Shown here piece after piece: positions 17,272 to 27,469 of a stretch of DNA of 32,000 nucleotides. A model generated the notes under the pieces. It saw nothing but the letters and a program-made list of their open reading frames with translations, was not told the DNA's origin and ran no database searches. Positions within the stretch are counted from its first letter, which is position 1, and each line of letters starts with the position of its first letter. A program made the translations under genes and the position numbers. The stretch is from Candidatus Saccharimonadota bacterium. Its GTDB lineage: Bacteria; Pseudomonadota; Gammaproteobacteria; Enterobacterales; Enterobacteriaceae. The DNA lies in the NCBI GenBank assembly GCA_041941795.1, contig CP145872.1, positions 480,001 to 512,000 of the forward strand, read 5' to 3'.

Positions 17272-18164
17272 TTCAAAAAAACGCACTTTTTTTATAAAAT
17301 AATCAACCAATAAGAAAATTTAATTTTCTTAGAGAAGATGTCGGATGATGTAATTAGTACTTACTCTCTAATATGAAAAGAGATTATTATTTATATAATT
17401 TAAAATTGAATCTGTCTTGATTACAAGATAATAATATTTTTATTTAGTTATGACTAGAGTACTAGCTGAAAGGTGAGCTCTAATTAATCTAATCAATATT
17501 TATTCTACTTCTAAGTACTTTTAAGTCTAAATTATGTAATAAATGTTCGTCCAATCTTCGGGCGTATCGCGGCCAACATCTATCTTATGTCAAACTTCTT
17601 CTTTTATTATTCCTGGAAATAGATGATGGATGCATCCTGATATCGAATTAAAACCTCGTAGGTGAAAAGAAATTGAATTTTTACATGCTTCTTTAAATAG
17701 GAGCATCATTAAAAATTTTTTATTAAATATGATTCCTAAAAATAGATCCCCAAAAATAAATTTTTTTTGTTGGATAGTTAATCCATCAATTGAAGTAAAA
17801 TTACTACGCATTGATAATCATGAAACATATCCTACTGGAGTAGGTCATCTTACTAAATTTTAGTATCATTTTCTGAGAAATCAGGATCGAATATATTAGC
17901 CAATGAATATCTATAGGATTGGCATGATGTGGGACTCAAAACTCCTGTCCAACTTCGTTAGAATGAATCATTCTTGATCCAAGTAAGTTAGTGCAGTCAT
18001 AGTTATTGTTATTTGCTCATTGTCTGGATTATGTCTTTTTTAAGAGATTAATTTTAATTGATTCAGTGAATCTGCATATTTTTCTCTTATTTGCAATTGC
18101 TGTTGGTCCAGATATCATTACAACTTATTTTACGTTCAATCGATCTTAAACAAATTTAATCAAA

Positions 18165-19061
18165 TTAAAATTTGTCAAATGAGAAAAAATTACGAGTATA
18201 ATCTCTTAACCATTTATGTGCTGGAGAATTATCATTTCTAGGATGCCAAGCTTGTACTAAACAAAATTGGGGAAGTAAAATGTCGGGCTCAAAAGCAGCA
18301 ATTTCAATGCGGAGTCTGGTCAAGGTATCTAAAAAAAAGATAGGCACCACTGCGAGTGAATTGGTTTTGAGGACGATTTCAATAGTAGCTAAATAGCTAG
18401 GACTAATACCTATAACTTTCCGCTGGTATCCATGAGCAAGAAAAATATCATCTACATCTGCATTTAATTTTCCTTTAGAAGTAATAAAATAATAATTAAT
18501 TATATTTTCAATTTTTTTACTTTGATTAAGAATTTGATGTTTTTTATTGGCAATAATTAAGCACTTTTGCCGATATACTGTTCGCATTTTTATTTCGGGA
18601 CTTAGTGGTCTCGGTTCCCCAATATATAAGTCCACGTTCTCTTTACGTAAAAAATCCTCTGGCATATTATCATATTTAAACTCAATTAATATATTTTGTT
18701 CATTTTCATGGATTTTCTTCATAAAATTCAAGCTGAGTATTGACATAACCAGATCATTAGAAGCGATAGTAAATAAGAGTGATTGATCTCCAACCCGAAA
18801 CGATACATGTTGATTTAAGACACTTTGAATATTATGAATTATATTTCTTATCTGAGGCTTCAGCTGTATTGCTAGAGGAGTTAATATTAATTGAGATCCA
18901 GAACGTACTAAAATTTGATCGTGAAAAGTATCACGAATTTTATTTAAAGATTTACTTATAGCAGGCGGGGTAACATTTAATTTTTGTGCGGTTTGACTTA
19001 CACTGCATTCTTCTAATAACATATCTAAGACAATCAATAAATTTAAATCAGTACGGTGCAC
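18165..19061 (-). CDS. LysR-family transcriptional regulator (the DLNLL-type subgroup that includes LeuO/YidZ/NodD-like proteins). Its target is unknown.
   Basis: A 298-aa intact ORF. The N-terminal wHTH is DLNLLIVLDMLLEECSVSQTAQKLNVTPPAISKSLNKIRDTFHDQILVRSG. The C-terminal W.PRNDNSPAHKWLRDY resembles the YidZ-type tail (WHKRNSHNPKIVWLRE). I cannot assign an orthologue. Confidence 0.85.
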   Translation of the reverse strand: MHRTDLNLLIVLDMLLEECSVSQTAQKLNVTPPAISKSLNKIRDTFHDQILVRSGSQLILTPLAIQLKPQIRNIIHNIQSVLNQHVSFRVGDQSLLFTIASNDLVMSILSLNFMKKIHENEQNILIEFKYDNMPEDFLRKENVDLYIGEPRPLSPEIKMRTVYRQKCLIIANKKHQILNQSKKIENIINYYFITSKGKLNADVDDIFLAHGYQRKVIGISPSYLATIEIVLKTNSLAVVPIFFLDTLTRLRIEIAAFEPDILLPQFCLVQAWHPRNDNSPAHKWLRDYTRNFFSFDKF

Positions 19062-19735
19062 AATAAAATCTCCCCTCTAGTCACAAAATTATCCGCTTTA
19101 ATAAACAAGCTAGGAGTCTCACATTTTTCTCACCTTATCATTTCATTAAAATTTAAGTTAACATATTTTGATATTAAAAATCATTATAATTAAGGTACCA
19201 ATGGATTCACGCAATAATGGGAATTATCATAAAATATTTAATAATATGAATCTCCAGGATAGGTTTTTAATTATGTTGACATGTTACCAATAATGGTTGA
19301 AATCTTGAATTTTTTATCTCTGATAATAAGAGTATGGGGATGACCAATTTTAATCTCCATCTTATTTCTTACCACAGTAATTTTTAACATTTATCTTGTA
19401 TTACTTTATTCATGCATCCTCATGAAATGAAGCTGAAGGTAATTGAAGAATGTGTAAATATGTACCGATCCCACATTCTATTTTTGCAAATACTCGATAA
19501 GAAAAAGAATATTTCTTTTTACATCTAAAATTAGATATGATAATATTATCTCAATGTTCTGGCAAAGACTTCCAGAAGTCATTAGCAGATTATCTTCAAC
19601 CATAGATAATACTTTGCTTATTAACTTACTGAATAGCATTATGTAAAAGTTTATATTATGACATTTATGAAAAAATAATGGTAATGAAATCTTATTTCCT
19701 TTGGATTAAATATTATTATCTCTTTTGACAAAGGG

Positions 19736-19762
19736 TTGAATACTATTTATTTCTCCCCATAT
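19736..19762 (+). promoter_or_regulatory. Sigma32 (heat-shock) type promoter for hslVU
   Basis: TTGAAT (19736-19741), a 13-nt spacer, then CCCCATAT (19755-19762). This compares with the sigma32 consensus CTTGAAA-N13-15-CCCCATnT. It lies about 80 nt upstream of the hslV ATG, and hslVU is a classical sigma32 operon in E. coli. Confidence 0.65.
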
Positions 19763-19840
19763 AAAAAAAAGAATATAATGTATGATTATGTTTTAGACAA
19801 AAACCATCTTTTCCTTTAAAGGATAGGAGCTTATTCCTTC

Positions 19841-20377
19841 ATGACAACCATAGTTAGTGTAAGACGCAAGGACCAAGTAGTGCTGGGGGGAGATGGGCAA
19901 GTAACACTAGGTCCCACTATAATGAAAGGAAATGCAAAGAAAGTACGTCGGCTTTATAATGATCGAGTGCTAGCTGGTTTTGCAGGAGGTACGGCCGATG
20001 CTTTTACATTATTCGAACGTTTTGAACGAAAATTGGTAATTTCTCAGGGTCATTTAGTAAAAGCTGCTGTAGAATTAGCAAAAGACTGGCGAACAGATCG
20101 AATCTTGCGGAGGCTAGAAGCCCTATTAGCAGTGGCGGATGAAACGTCATCTTTAATTATTACCGGCGATGGAGATGTAATTCAGCCTGAAAAGGATCTC
20201 ATAGCAATAGGATCTGGGGGACCTTATGCTCAAGCAGCTGCTATAGCTATGTTAGAGACTACTAAAATGAATGCGCGGAAGATAACCGAAAAAGCTTTAA
20301 TTATTGCCGGAGATATTTGTATTTATACCAACAAACATTTTACTATTGAAGAATTAACTTACACAGATAAAGGGTAA
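19841..20377 (+). CDS. hslV: ATP-dependent protease subunit HslV
   Basis: MTTIVSVRR......GGDGQV.LG....[32 protein letters not shown] has the N-terminal catalytic Thr directly after Met. Collinear with E. coli HslV. Confidence 0.96.
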   Translation: MTTIVSVRRKDQVVLGGDGQVTLGPTIMKGNAKKVRRLYNDRVLAGFAGGTADAFTLFERFERKLVISQGHLVKAAVELAKDWRTDRILRRLEALLAVADETSSLIITGDGDVIQPEKDLIAIGSGGPYAQAAAIAMLETTKMNARKITEKALIIAGDICIYTNKHFTIEELTYTDKG

Positions 20378-20388
20378 GGATCTGGATT

Positions 20389-21723
20389 ATGTCGGAAATG
20401 ACCCCTCGCGAAATAGTCAGTGAGCTAGATAGGTTTATTATTGGTCAGAACAGCGCTAAACGAGCGGTAGCAATTGCTTTACGTAACCGCTGGAGACGAA
20501 TGCAATTAAATGAAGAACTGCGTCAGGAGGTAACACCAAAAAATATTCTTATGATTGGTCCTACTGGAGTAGGAAAGACAGAAATAGCTCGTCGTTTAGC
20601 ACGACTAGCACATGCACCTTTTATTAAAGTAGAAGCTACTAAATTTACAGAAGTTGGGTATGTAGGTAAAGAGGTAGATTCTATCATTCGGGATCTGACA
20701 GATTCAGCCATTAAAATGGTTCGAATTCGTTCTATGGAACAAAATCAATACCGAGCCGAACAAAGGGCTGAAGAACGTATACTGGACGTATTAATACCTC
20801 CTCCTAAAAATAAATGGGGAAAAAATGAAGATTCTCAACCAGGTTACAATGAGAATAGACAAGCTTGGCGACAAAAACTCCAAGAAGGACGCCTAGATGA
20901 TAAAGAAATAGAAATTTCTCTCATTTCTACCCCTATGGGAGTAGAAATTATGGCTCCTCCCGGAATGGAAGAGATGACTAGTCAGTTACAATCCATGTTC
21001 CAAAATTTAAGTGGTCAAAAACAAAAAACACATAAGTTAAAAATTTTCGATGCCATGAAAATTTTGATAGAAGAAGAATCAGCCAAATTAATTAATCCAG
21101 AAGATTTAAAACAAGAAGCCATTGAAGCAGTAGAACAACATGGAATTGTATTTATCGACGAAATTGACAAAATTTGTACACGAGGAGAAACTGCGGGACC
21201 GGATGTTTCAAGAGAAGGAGTCCAACGCGATCTCTTACCCTTAGTTGAAGGATGTAATGTTTCAACTAAACATGGGATGGTAAAAACTGATCACATTCTA
21301 TTTATTGCTTCCGGAGCATTTCAAGTAGCTATTCCTTCAGACTTGATTCCCGAACTTCAAGGACGCCTCCCTATTCGAGTAGAATTACAAGCACTAACAA
21401 CCAATGATTTTGAACGCATTTTAACTGAGCCTAGTGCTTCTATTACTAGACAGTATAAGGAACTAATGGCTACCGAAGGAGTGACTATTGAGTTCACTAA
21501 TGATGGAATTCGGCGGATTGCAGAATCGGCATGGCAAGTGAATGAAAGTAACGAAAATATCGGTGCCAGACGTTTACACACAGTATTAGAGCGTTTAATG
21601 GAAGAAATATCTTATGAAGCTAGTGATCGTAGGGGGGATAAAATTACGATTAATGCAAAATACGTAGGTGAGCATCTTGATAAACTGGTAGCCGATGAAG
21701 ATTTGAGTAGATTTATTTTATAA
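20389..21723 (+). CDS. hslU: ATP-dependent protease ATPase subunit HslU
   Basis: [37 protein letters not shown], Walker [16 protein letters not shown], Walker [12 protein letters not shown], and the C-terminal DLSRFIL. Confidence 0.97.
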   Translation: MSEMTPREIVSELDRFIIGQNSAKRAVAIALRNRWRRMQLNEELRQEVTPKNILMIGPTGVGKTEIARRLARLAHAPFIKVEATKFTEVGYVGKEVDSIIRDLTDSAIKMVRIRSMEQNQYRAEQRAEERILDVLIPPPKNKWGKNEDSQPGYNENRQAWRQKLQEGRLDDKEIEISLISTPMGVEIMAPPGMEEMTSQLQSMFQNLSGQKQKTHKLKIFDAMKILIEEESAKLINPEDLKQEAIEAVEQHGIVFIDEIDKICTRGETAGPDVSREGVQRDLLPLVEGCNVSTKHGMVKTDHILFIASGAFQVAIPSDLIPELQGRLPIRVELQALTTNDFERILTEPSASITRQYKELMATEGVTIEFTNDGIRRIAESAWQVNESNENIGARRLHTVLERLMEEISYEASDRRGDKITINAKYVGEHLDKLVADEDLSRFIL

Positions 21724-22016
21724 AACTAAATAGGGTGTAAGTTAGATATACTTATTTTTACACCTCCAAGTAACCACTCTAATTTTATCTCTTCCTAATC
21801 TAGATAAATCACATCTACATATAATGATCATCTTAATTAATTTTCAATAAGATTGTTCTCTTTAGCAGTTAAAGAGAACAGTCCTGTTATGTAGAGTGCT
21901 AGTAATTATCTCCGTAATTCTAACGGTAATTTTCCAGAAAATAAAACTTCTTGAGCAGTTGTTTAATGACCTGATTATTACTCAGGTTAAGTTTTTTGAT
22001 ATCAGGAATTATGCCT

Positions 22017-23513
22017 ATGTCTAAAAAATATATAGTTGCTCTTGATCAAGGTACTACCAGTTCTCGCGTTTTGGTAGTTGATCACGATGTTAATATCGTA
22101 GCTATTTCACAACATGAATTAAAACAAATTTATCCTCGCTACGGATGGGTAGAGCATGATCCGTTGGATATATGGAATTCACAATGTTCTGCTCTCGTCA
22201 AAGCATTATCTTATGCAGGTATTAAATGTGAACAAATAGCTGGCATTGGTATAACTAATCAGCGTGAGACCACTTTAATTTGGGATAAATACACAGGTAA
22301 ACCCGTTTATAATGCTATCGTCTGGCAATGTTCTCGTACTGCTAAATTATGTGATAAATTCAAAACAGAGGGATTAGAGAATTATATTCATCAAACTACT
22401 GGACTAGTATTAAATCCTTATTTTTCTGCTACTAAAGCCAAATGGATCTTAGATAATATTGCAGGAGTACGTATTCGAGCCCAACGAGGAGAATTATTAT
22501 TTGGTACCATTGATACCTGGCTAGTTTGGCAGCTAACTCAGGGTCGTGTTCATGTCACAGATTATACCAATGCTTCCCGCACAATGCTGTTTAATATTCA
22601 TACCCTAGAATGGGATCAGAATTTGTTAGATATATTTGATATACCCAAGGGTATCTTACCAGAAGTACGTTCTTCATCCGAAATTTATGGTCCTGTTAAT
22701 ATAGAGGGATTGTATGGAAAAAATATTTATATTGCCGGTATAGCAGGTGATCAACAGGCATCGCTTTATGGTCAACTATGTGTGAAATTCGGCATGACTA
22801 AAAATACTTATGGGACGGGTTGTTTTATGTTGATGAATACTAATAATGCAGTAATTCATTCGACTCATGGTTTATTGACTACTATTGCATGTGGACCATC
22901 CGGAGAAGTTAACTATGCTCTGGAAGGAACAGTATTTATTGGAGGAGCCTCTATCCAATGGCTTCGGGATGAAATGAAAATGATTACTCATGCGGCAGAT
23001 TCGGAACACTATGCTACTGAAGTGAATAATACTAATGGTATATATGTAGTGCCGGCTTTTACTGGATTAGGAGCACCTTATTGGGATCCGTATGCGAGAG
23101 GAGCAATTTTGGGACTCACAAGAGATTCTAATGCCAGTCATATCATTCGTGCCACCCTAGAATCTATTGCTTTTCAAACTCGTGATGTTATAGAAGCAAT
23201 GCAAGCTGACATCGGATCCTCTCTGAATAGACTTCGCGTAGATGGAGGAGCAGTCACTAATAATTTTCTAATGCAATTTCAAGCTGATATCCTAGGTATT
23301 CGTGTAGAAAGACCAAAGCTCCGAGAAGTTACGGCCCTGGGAGCATCCTTTTTAGCTGGACTTGCAGTAGGTTTTTGGCTCTCTTTAGAAGAGATCCATT
23401 CAAAATTAATCATGGAACATTGTTTTATTCCTAAAACTAATCCCACAGAACGAAATAATAGTTATGCTCACTGGAGAAAAGCTGTATCTCTAACACAGAA
23501 ATGGAATATGTGA
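22017..23513 (+). CDS. glpK: Glycerol kinase (alternative starts at ATG 22011 or TTG 21996)
   Basis: [23 protein letters not shown]...SQ.E..QIYP..GWVEHDP..IW matches the E. coli [68 protein letters not shown] and [23 protein letters not shown] are also conserved. Confidence 0.94.
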   Translation: MSKKYIVALDQGTTSSRVLVVDHDVNIVAISQHELKQIYPRYGWVEHDPLDIWNSQCSALVKALSYAGIKCEQIAGIGITNQRETTLIWDKYTGKPVYNAIVWQCSRTAKLCDKFKTEGLENYIHQTTGLVLNPYFSATKAKWILDNIAGVRIRAQRGELLFGTIDTWLVWQLTQGRVHVTDYTNASRTMLFNIHTLEWDQNLLDIFDIPKGILPEVRSSSEIYGPVNIEGLYGKNIYIAGIAGDQQASLYGQLCVKFGMTKNTYGTGCFMLMNTNNAVIHSTHGLLTTIACGPSGEVNYALEGTVFIGGASIQWLRDEMKMITHAADSEHYATEVNNTNGIYVVPAFTGLGAPYWDPYARGAILGLTRDSNASHIIRATLESIAFQTRDVIEAMQADIGSSLNRLRVDGGAVTNNFLMQFQADILGIRVERPKLREVTALGASFLAGLAVGFWLSLEEIHSKLIMEHCFIPKTNPTERNNSYAHWRKAVSLTQKWNM

Positions 23514-23702
23514 ATCGATCCTAAGTTCTTCTCAGGTCATGAATTAAGACCTAAGAATATCTCTAAAATTAGAGTATTTTAACTATTGATTATAATCCTA
23601 GGAAAAAGGTATTTTATCCGCTAAATTATGAAATTGATAAATATCAGTACTCATCTCATGGATGAACAGTTTAGTTTATGAGATAATAGAAGAGGAGATG
23701 TT

Positions 23703-24458
23703 ATGATGAATAAATGGATAGTAGCAAAAGTAACTGCGATCAAACACTGGACCGAAAACTTATTTACCCTCCATGTAGAAGCACCCGTCTCTCCTTTTAT
23801 GGCTGGTCAATTTACAAAACTCGGCTTTCAAATTAATAATAAATGTATAATACAACGAGCTTATTCGTTTGTGAACGCTCCGAGTGATAAAAACTTAGAG
23901 TTTTATTTAGTCACTGTTAAAGGCGGTCACCTAAGTACTTATTTACATGGTCTTTCTATAGGCGATCAAATATTAATTGCTAAAGACTCCGCGGGATTTT
24001 TTGTTCTTCATGAGATTCCAAGTTGTAATAATTTATGGATGTTAGCTACGGGTACCGCTATAGGACCATATTTATCTATTCTGCAGGAAGGAAAAGATCT
24101 AGAAAGATTCGCTAATATAGTCCTTGTACATGCAGTGCGGTATCAGCAAGATATGTGTTATCTTCCCCTAATGCGTAAACTTCAGCATAAATATAGGGAG
24201 AAACTTTATATCCAAACAATAGTCAGTCGTGAAAAGGTAAGAGGGTCCTTGTTAGGACATATACCTCCATTAATATCTAATGGAACATTGGAACATAGTA
24301 TTGGTCTAAAAATTCAACATCAACATAGTCACATAATGTTGTGTGGAAATCCTAATATGGTCCGATCAACACAAGACGTACTAAAGAATACTAAAAATAT
24401 GAAAAAACATTTACGTCGGGGACCCCCAGGACATATAAGTACTGAACATTATTGGTAA
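23703..24458 (+). CDS. fpr: Ferredoxin/flavodoxin--NADP+ reductase
   Basis: KVT.....T..LF.L.V.APV.PF.AGQFTKLG, RAYS.VN.P....LEFYLVTV, LWMLATGTAIGPYLSIL..GKDL.RF, H.MLCGNP.MV and the C-terminal EHYW are collinear with E. coli Fpr. Confidence 0.92.
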   Translation: MMNKWIVAKVTAIKHWTENLFTLHVEAPVSPFMAGQFTKLGFQINNKCIIQRAYSFVNAPSDKNLEFYLVTVKGGHLSTYLHGLSIGDQILIAKDSAGFFVLHEIPSCNNLWMLATGTAIGPYLSILQEGKDLERFANIVLVHAVRYQQDMCYLPLMRKLQHKYREKLYIQTIVSREKVRGSLLGHIPPLISNGTLEHSIGLKIQHQHSHIMLCGNPNMVRSTQDVLKNTKNMKKHLRRGPPGHISTEHYW

Positions 24459-24533
24459 TTTAATGCATGCATTTTTTTTCCCAGTCAGTATTTTATTTTT
24501 TAGTTTATTTAATGAAATAAGAGAAATATTGAA

Positions 24534-25328
24534 ATGCGATATCCCTTAGTTATAGGTAATTGGAAACTTAATGGTAATAACCAAATGGTGAGAGATTACA
24601 TTGCCACTCTACGAAGTCAGCTTAAAAATATTAAATTTTGTAGGGTAATAATTGCTCCTCCGATAATGTATGTATTCCAAGCTCATCAAGAGATTGAGGG
24701 TAGTTCTATCCTACTAGCAGCACAAAATATAGATATTCATTTAACAGGAGCTTATACTGGAGATATATCAGCGCAAATGATAAAAGATATAGGCGCACAA
24801 TATATTATGGTTGGACATGCGGAACGACGAATATATCATCACGAAAATGATGATTTGATTGCAAAAAAATTTTCTCTTGTGAAAAAGTTAGGTCTTATAC
24901 CAGTACTGTGCATTGGTGAAAATCAAGGAGAAAATCAAAAGGGTAAAACGATGGAAGTCTGTATTCGACAACTAAACGCTCTAATTGATAGAGAGGGGGT
25001 TAATGCATTTCAGAATGTAGTCATTGCTTATGAACCATTATGGTCCATTGGAACTGGATTCGGTGCGTCACCAAACGAGGTACAATTCATACATAAATTT
25101 CTTCGAGAACATATTGCCAAACATAGCGAAGCTATAGCTGAGAGTTTAGTTATTCAATATGGAGGTTCCGTTAATACTGCAAATGCAGCAGAATACTTTA
25201 ATAAACCTGATATTGACGGGTTATTAGTAGGCGAATCTTCTTTAAATCCATTTAAATTTGCTAAAATTGTCCAAACGGCAGAAAATATCTATCGAATGAA
25301 TAATTTAAGAGCTCTTAATAAAGAGTAA
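24534..25328 (+). CDS. tpiA: Triosephosphate isomerase
   Basis: MR.PLV.GNWKLNG, IKDIGAQYI..GH.ERR (catalytic His), AYEP.W.IGTG (catalytic Glu), IQYGGSVN..NAAE and PDIDG.LVG. There is a short C-terminal extension relative to E. coli. Confidence 0.94.
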   Translation: MRYPLVIGNWKLNGNNQMVRDYIATLRSQLKNIKFCRVIIAPPIMYVFQAHQEIEGSSILLAAQNIDIHLTGAYTGDISAQMIKDIGAQYIMVGHAERRIYHHENDDLIAKKFSLVKKLGLIPVLCIGENQGENQKGKTMEVCIRQLNALIDREGVNAFQNVVIAYEPLWSIGTGFGASPNEVQFIHKFLREHIAKHSEAIAESLVIQYGGSVNTANAAEYFNKPDIDGLLVGESSLNPFKFAKIVQTAENIYRMNNLRALNKE

Positions 25329-25556
25329 TATTTTATTATAAATAATACGCTTATTTTTTTATCTGCAATCCCTCTGGAACAAGGAGCCTTTCTAATCTAT
25401 CTCAGAAAGGAGTGAAATTTTAATTAGTGGTAAATTATCATCAAATTCTAAATATTGAATAAAGAAAATCGGTCTAGATTTTCTGGTGCCAAGCTTGTGT
25501 CTTCCAGTGCCATTGGGAAGAAAATTAATTTTTTACTTAATATTAGTAAAAATTAT

Positions 25557-26000
25557 TCATTTAGTTCCCGATACTAAAGGTAGATGTTCTTTATTCCATC
25601 CCATGATTCCCCCTTCTAAAATATATATCTTTATAAAACCTAATTTTTTAATTTTTAAAGCAAATTGCTTTTCTTCACTATAATTTCGCCCAGATCCTAC
25701 TATAATAATAGGATACGATTTGTATTTTAGTAGTTCCTGCCAATAACCTTTCTTAATATTACTGGATAATATATTGATAGAATTATATATATGTCCTTGG
25801 TAATACTGCTGCTGAGTTCGAATATCAATTACTTTAGCAGATTGTTTATTCATTAAAAGAGTTGCTTCAGTACAACTTATCATATTTACGCGGTTAACTA
25901 AGGACGACTTAAGAGTGAAGACTACTGTCAACACCAATAATATTAACCAAGTATTACAGATTATAGGGTGTGAACTGTAAAACTGTATTATTTCGGCCAT
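25557..26000 (-). CDS. yibN: Membrane-anchored rhodanese-domain protein YibN
   Basis: MAEIIQFYSSHPIICNTWLILLVLTVVFTLKS resembles the E. coli YibN N-terminus [32 protein letters not shown]. It is followed by ATLLMNKQ.A.V.D.R....Y..GHI..SIN and the C-terminal EGG..GW..E.LPLV.G.K. Confidence 0.78.
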   Translation of the reverse strand: MAEIIQFYSSHPIICNTWLILLVLTVVFTLKSSLVNRVNMISCTEATLLMNKQSAKVIDIRTQQQYYQGHIYNSINILSSNIKKGYWQELLKYKSYPIIIVGSGRNYSEEKQFALKIKKLGFIKIYILEGGIMGWNKEHLPLVSGTK

Positions 26001-26187
26001 TAAGATTTATAACTCCACTAAAATTTTAGTATCATCAAAAGATAGACATCCAGTATTTCACTCATCAGATTATCTATTTAACTCACTCTAATCCGATGCT
26101 TACAAGTATTGATTAAAAATTTAACTCCTCTCAAATAAGAGTCTTGCCATCAATTATAGGATAACATTGTGGTCATCATATTAGCTC

Positions 26188-27009
26188 TTAAGTATCAATT
26201 AAGATTGACAATTTCGGCAAAAAAAAAGTACTGCGTTTTTGGTAGTTTATACGTTCAATTAATTTAGAACATTGATGGCATAACTCACCTGTACGTCCAT
26301 ATACATTAAGTAACTTTCTAAAAGTTCCTATCTGCCCATCGACGTGACAAAAATCTCGAATAGTAGTTCCTCCATAAATTATGGCTCGTTGCAGTACTAT
26401 TCCAATAGCTTCTACTAACTTTTGTGCTTCATTAAAATTTAATGTTGAAATTTTGCGAATCGGAAATATGCCGGCTAAAAATAAAGATTCATTAGCGTAA
26501 ATATTACCAATTCCTACTACAAATTTATTATTCATTAAAAATGATTTAACTCCTAATCTGCAGTTACGAGATTTATTAAATAAATAAGAACCACAAAAAT
26601 CGCTACTTAATGGTTCCGGTCCTAATGTTTTTATATACTCACAAGACTCCGGATCATTACTCCATCTCAAAGATCCAAATTTACGTGGATCAGTGTAACG
26701 TAAAATTGTTTGGTTACTCATAACCATATCTATGTGATCATGTTTAGAGGATGATGTTTCCAATGAAACCAGCCGCAAGCTTCCCGACATCCCTAGGTGG
26801 ACTATAATATAACCTAGGTTTAATTTGATGATGAGATATTTTGCTCTTCGTCGCACACTTAATATTTGCTGATTTCTAAGATCGTATATTTCTTTGGAAA
26901 CGGGATATTTTAGAATACCATTACGAATCTTAGAAAAAAGAATAGTTTTACCTACAAGAGCTTTTTCTATCCCACGACGAATCATTTCAACTTCGGGAAG
27001 TTCTGGCAT
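26188..27009 (-). pseudogene. mutM: Formamidopyrimidine-DNA glycosylase (Fpg/MutM). It is intact except for a +1 frameshift inside a T9 run (A9 on the + strand, 26219-26227) that removes the second CxxC of the zinc finger.
   Basis: MPELPEVE..RRGIE, RRAKYL, HLGMSG, DPRKFG and GIGNIYA.ESLF.AGI.P are all conserved. As written, the tail reads ...LCHQCSKLIERINYQKRSTFFLPKLSILIDT*. Deleting one T gives ...STFFCRNCQS*, a C-x2-C-x16-C-x2-C finger and a 269-aa product. This matches the E. coli Fpg end ...ATFYCRQCQK* and its remembered length. Confidence 0.85.
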
Positions 27010-27048
27010 ATTAAATCTCTTTAAGAATCCGGATTCTGTCTGGGTGAA

Positions 27049-27216
27049 TTAAATTTTTGCTTCTTTATAAAAAACATGTTTCCTGATTTTAGGATCAAAT
27101 TTTCTCAGCTGTATTTTTTCCGAATGATTTTTTTTATTTCTGGTAGTAGTGTAAAAATGTCCTGTTTGGGCCGAAGAAACTAGTTTAATATTTTCTCTCG
27201 GAGTTTTTTTAGACAT
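27049..27216 (-). CDS. rpmG: 50S ribosomal protein L33
   Basis: Not in the ORF track (55 aa). The minus-strand translation [55 protein letters not shown] matches E. coli L33, [55 protein letters not shown]. Its ATG overlaps the end of rpmB by 8 nt. Confidence 0.92.
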   Translation of the reverse strand: MSKKTPRENIKLVSSAQTGHFYTTTRNKKNHSEKIQLRKFDPKIRKHVFYKEAKI

Positions 27217-27469
27217 ATTTCTTATCCTTGTTTTTTGGGATATTAATTTTTATTTTTCTATCTGATAGGATTGACTTAATGCCTTTTTTATCAATGTTGC
27301 GAATTCCTTTTCGAGTTACACGAAGTTTCACAAAGCGATTTTCTTCTTCTATCCAAAACTTATGAAAGTGTAAGTTAGGTCTAAAACGTCGTTTAGAAGC
27401 ATTCATAGAGTGAGATCGCTTATTACCAACGGTAGGACGTTTACCAGTTACTTGACATAATCTTGACAT
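27209..27469 (-). CDS. rpmB: 50S ribosomal protein L28. The start is set at the internal ATG at 27469; the track start at 27526 would add 19 unrelated aa.
   Basis: [64 protein letters not shown] matches E. coli L28, [64 protein letters not shown]. Confidence 0.92.
   Translation of the reverse strand: MSRLCQVTGKRPTVGNKRSHSMNASKRRFRPNLHFHKFWIEEENRFVKLRVTRKGIRNIDKKGIKSILSDRKIKINIPKNKDKKYV

Noticed and set aside
17272-17300. An A7-cgcac-T7 element directly after corA, considered as a bidirectional terminator
   Set aside because: The stem would consist only of A-U pairs. It cannot be distinguished from ordinary homopolymer runs in this AT-rich genome.
17852-17869. An 18-19-nt sequence, ACTAAA(A)TTTTAGTATCAT, shared between 17852-17869 and 26018-26036, containing the palindrome CTAAA(A)TTTTAG
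   Set aside because: There are only two copies, both of AT-only low complexity. A rough estimate for a 32-kb AT-rich window suggests that one such near-match is expected by chance. The two copies share no flanking similarity.
19412-19528. A 38-codon plus-strand ORF, MHPHEMKLKVIEECVNMYRSHI..., vaguely like ribosomal protein L31 (IHPKYEEI...CSCGNVMKIRST)
   Set aside because: Only a handful of scattered identities are present. The second half bears no resemblance to L31 and lacks the CxxC/HPF motifs. The strand is opposite to what rpmE synteny with hslVU would predict. I treat it as coincidence.
24460-24482. The palindrome AATGCATGCATT followed by a T-run after fpr, considered as a possible terminator
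   Set aside because: The palindrome has no loop. The foldable hairpin is only about 4 bp and AT-rich, which is too weak to call a terminator.
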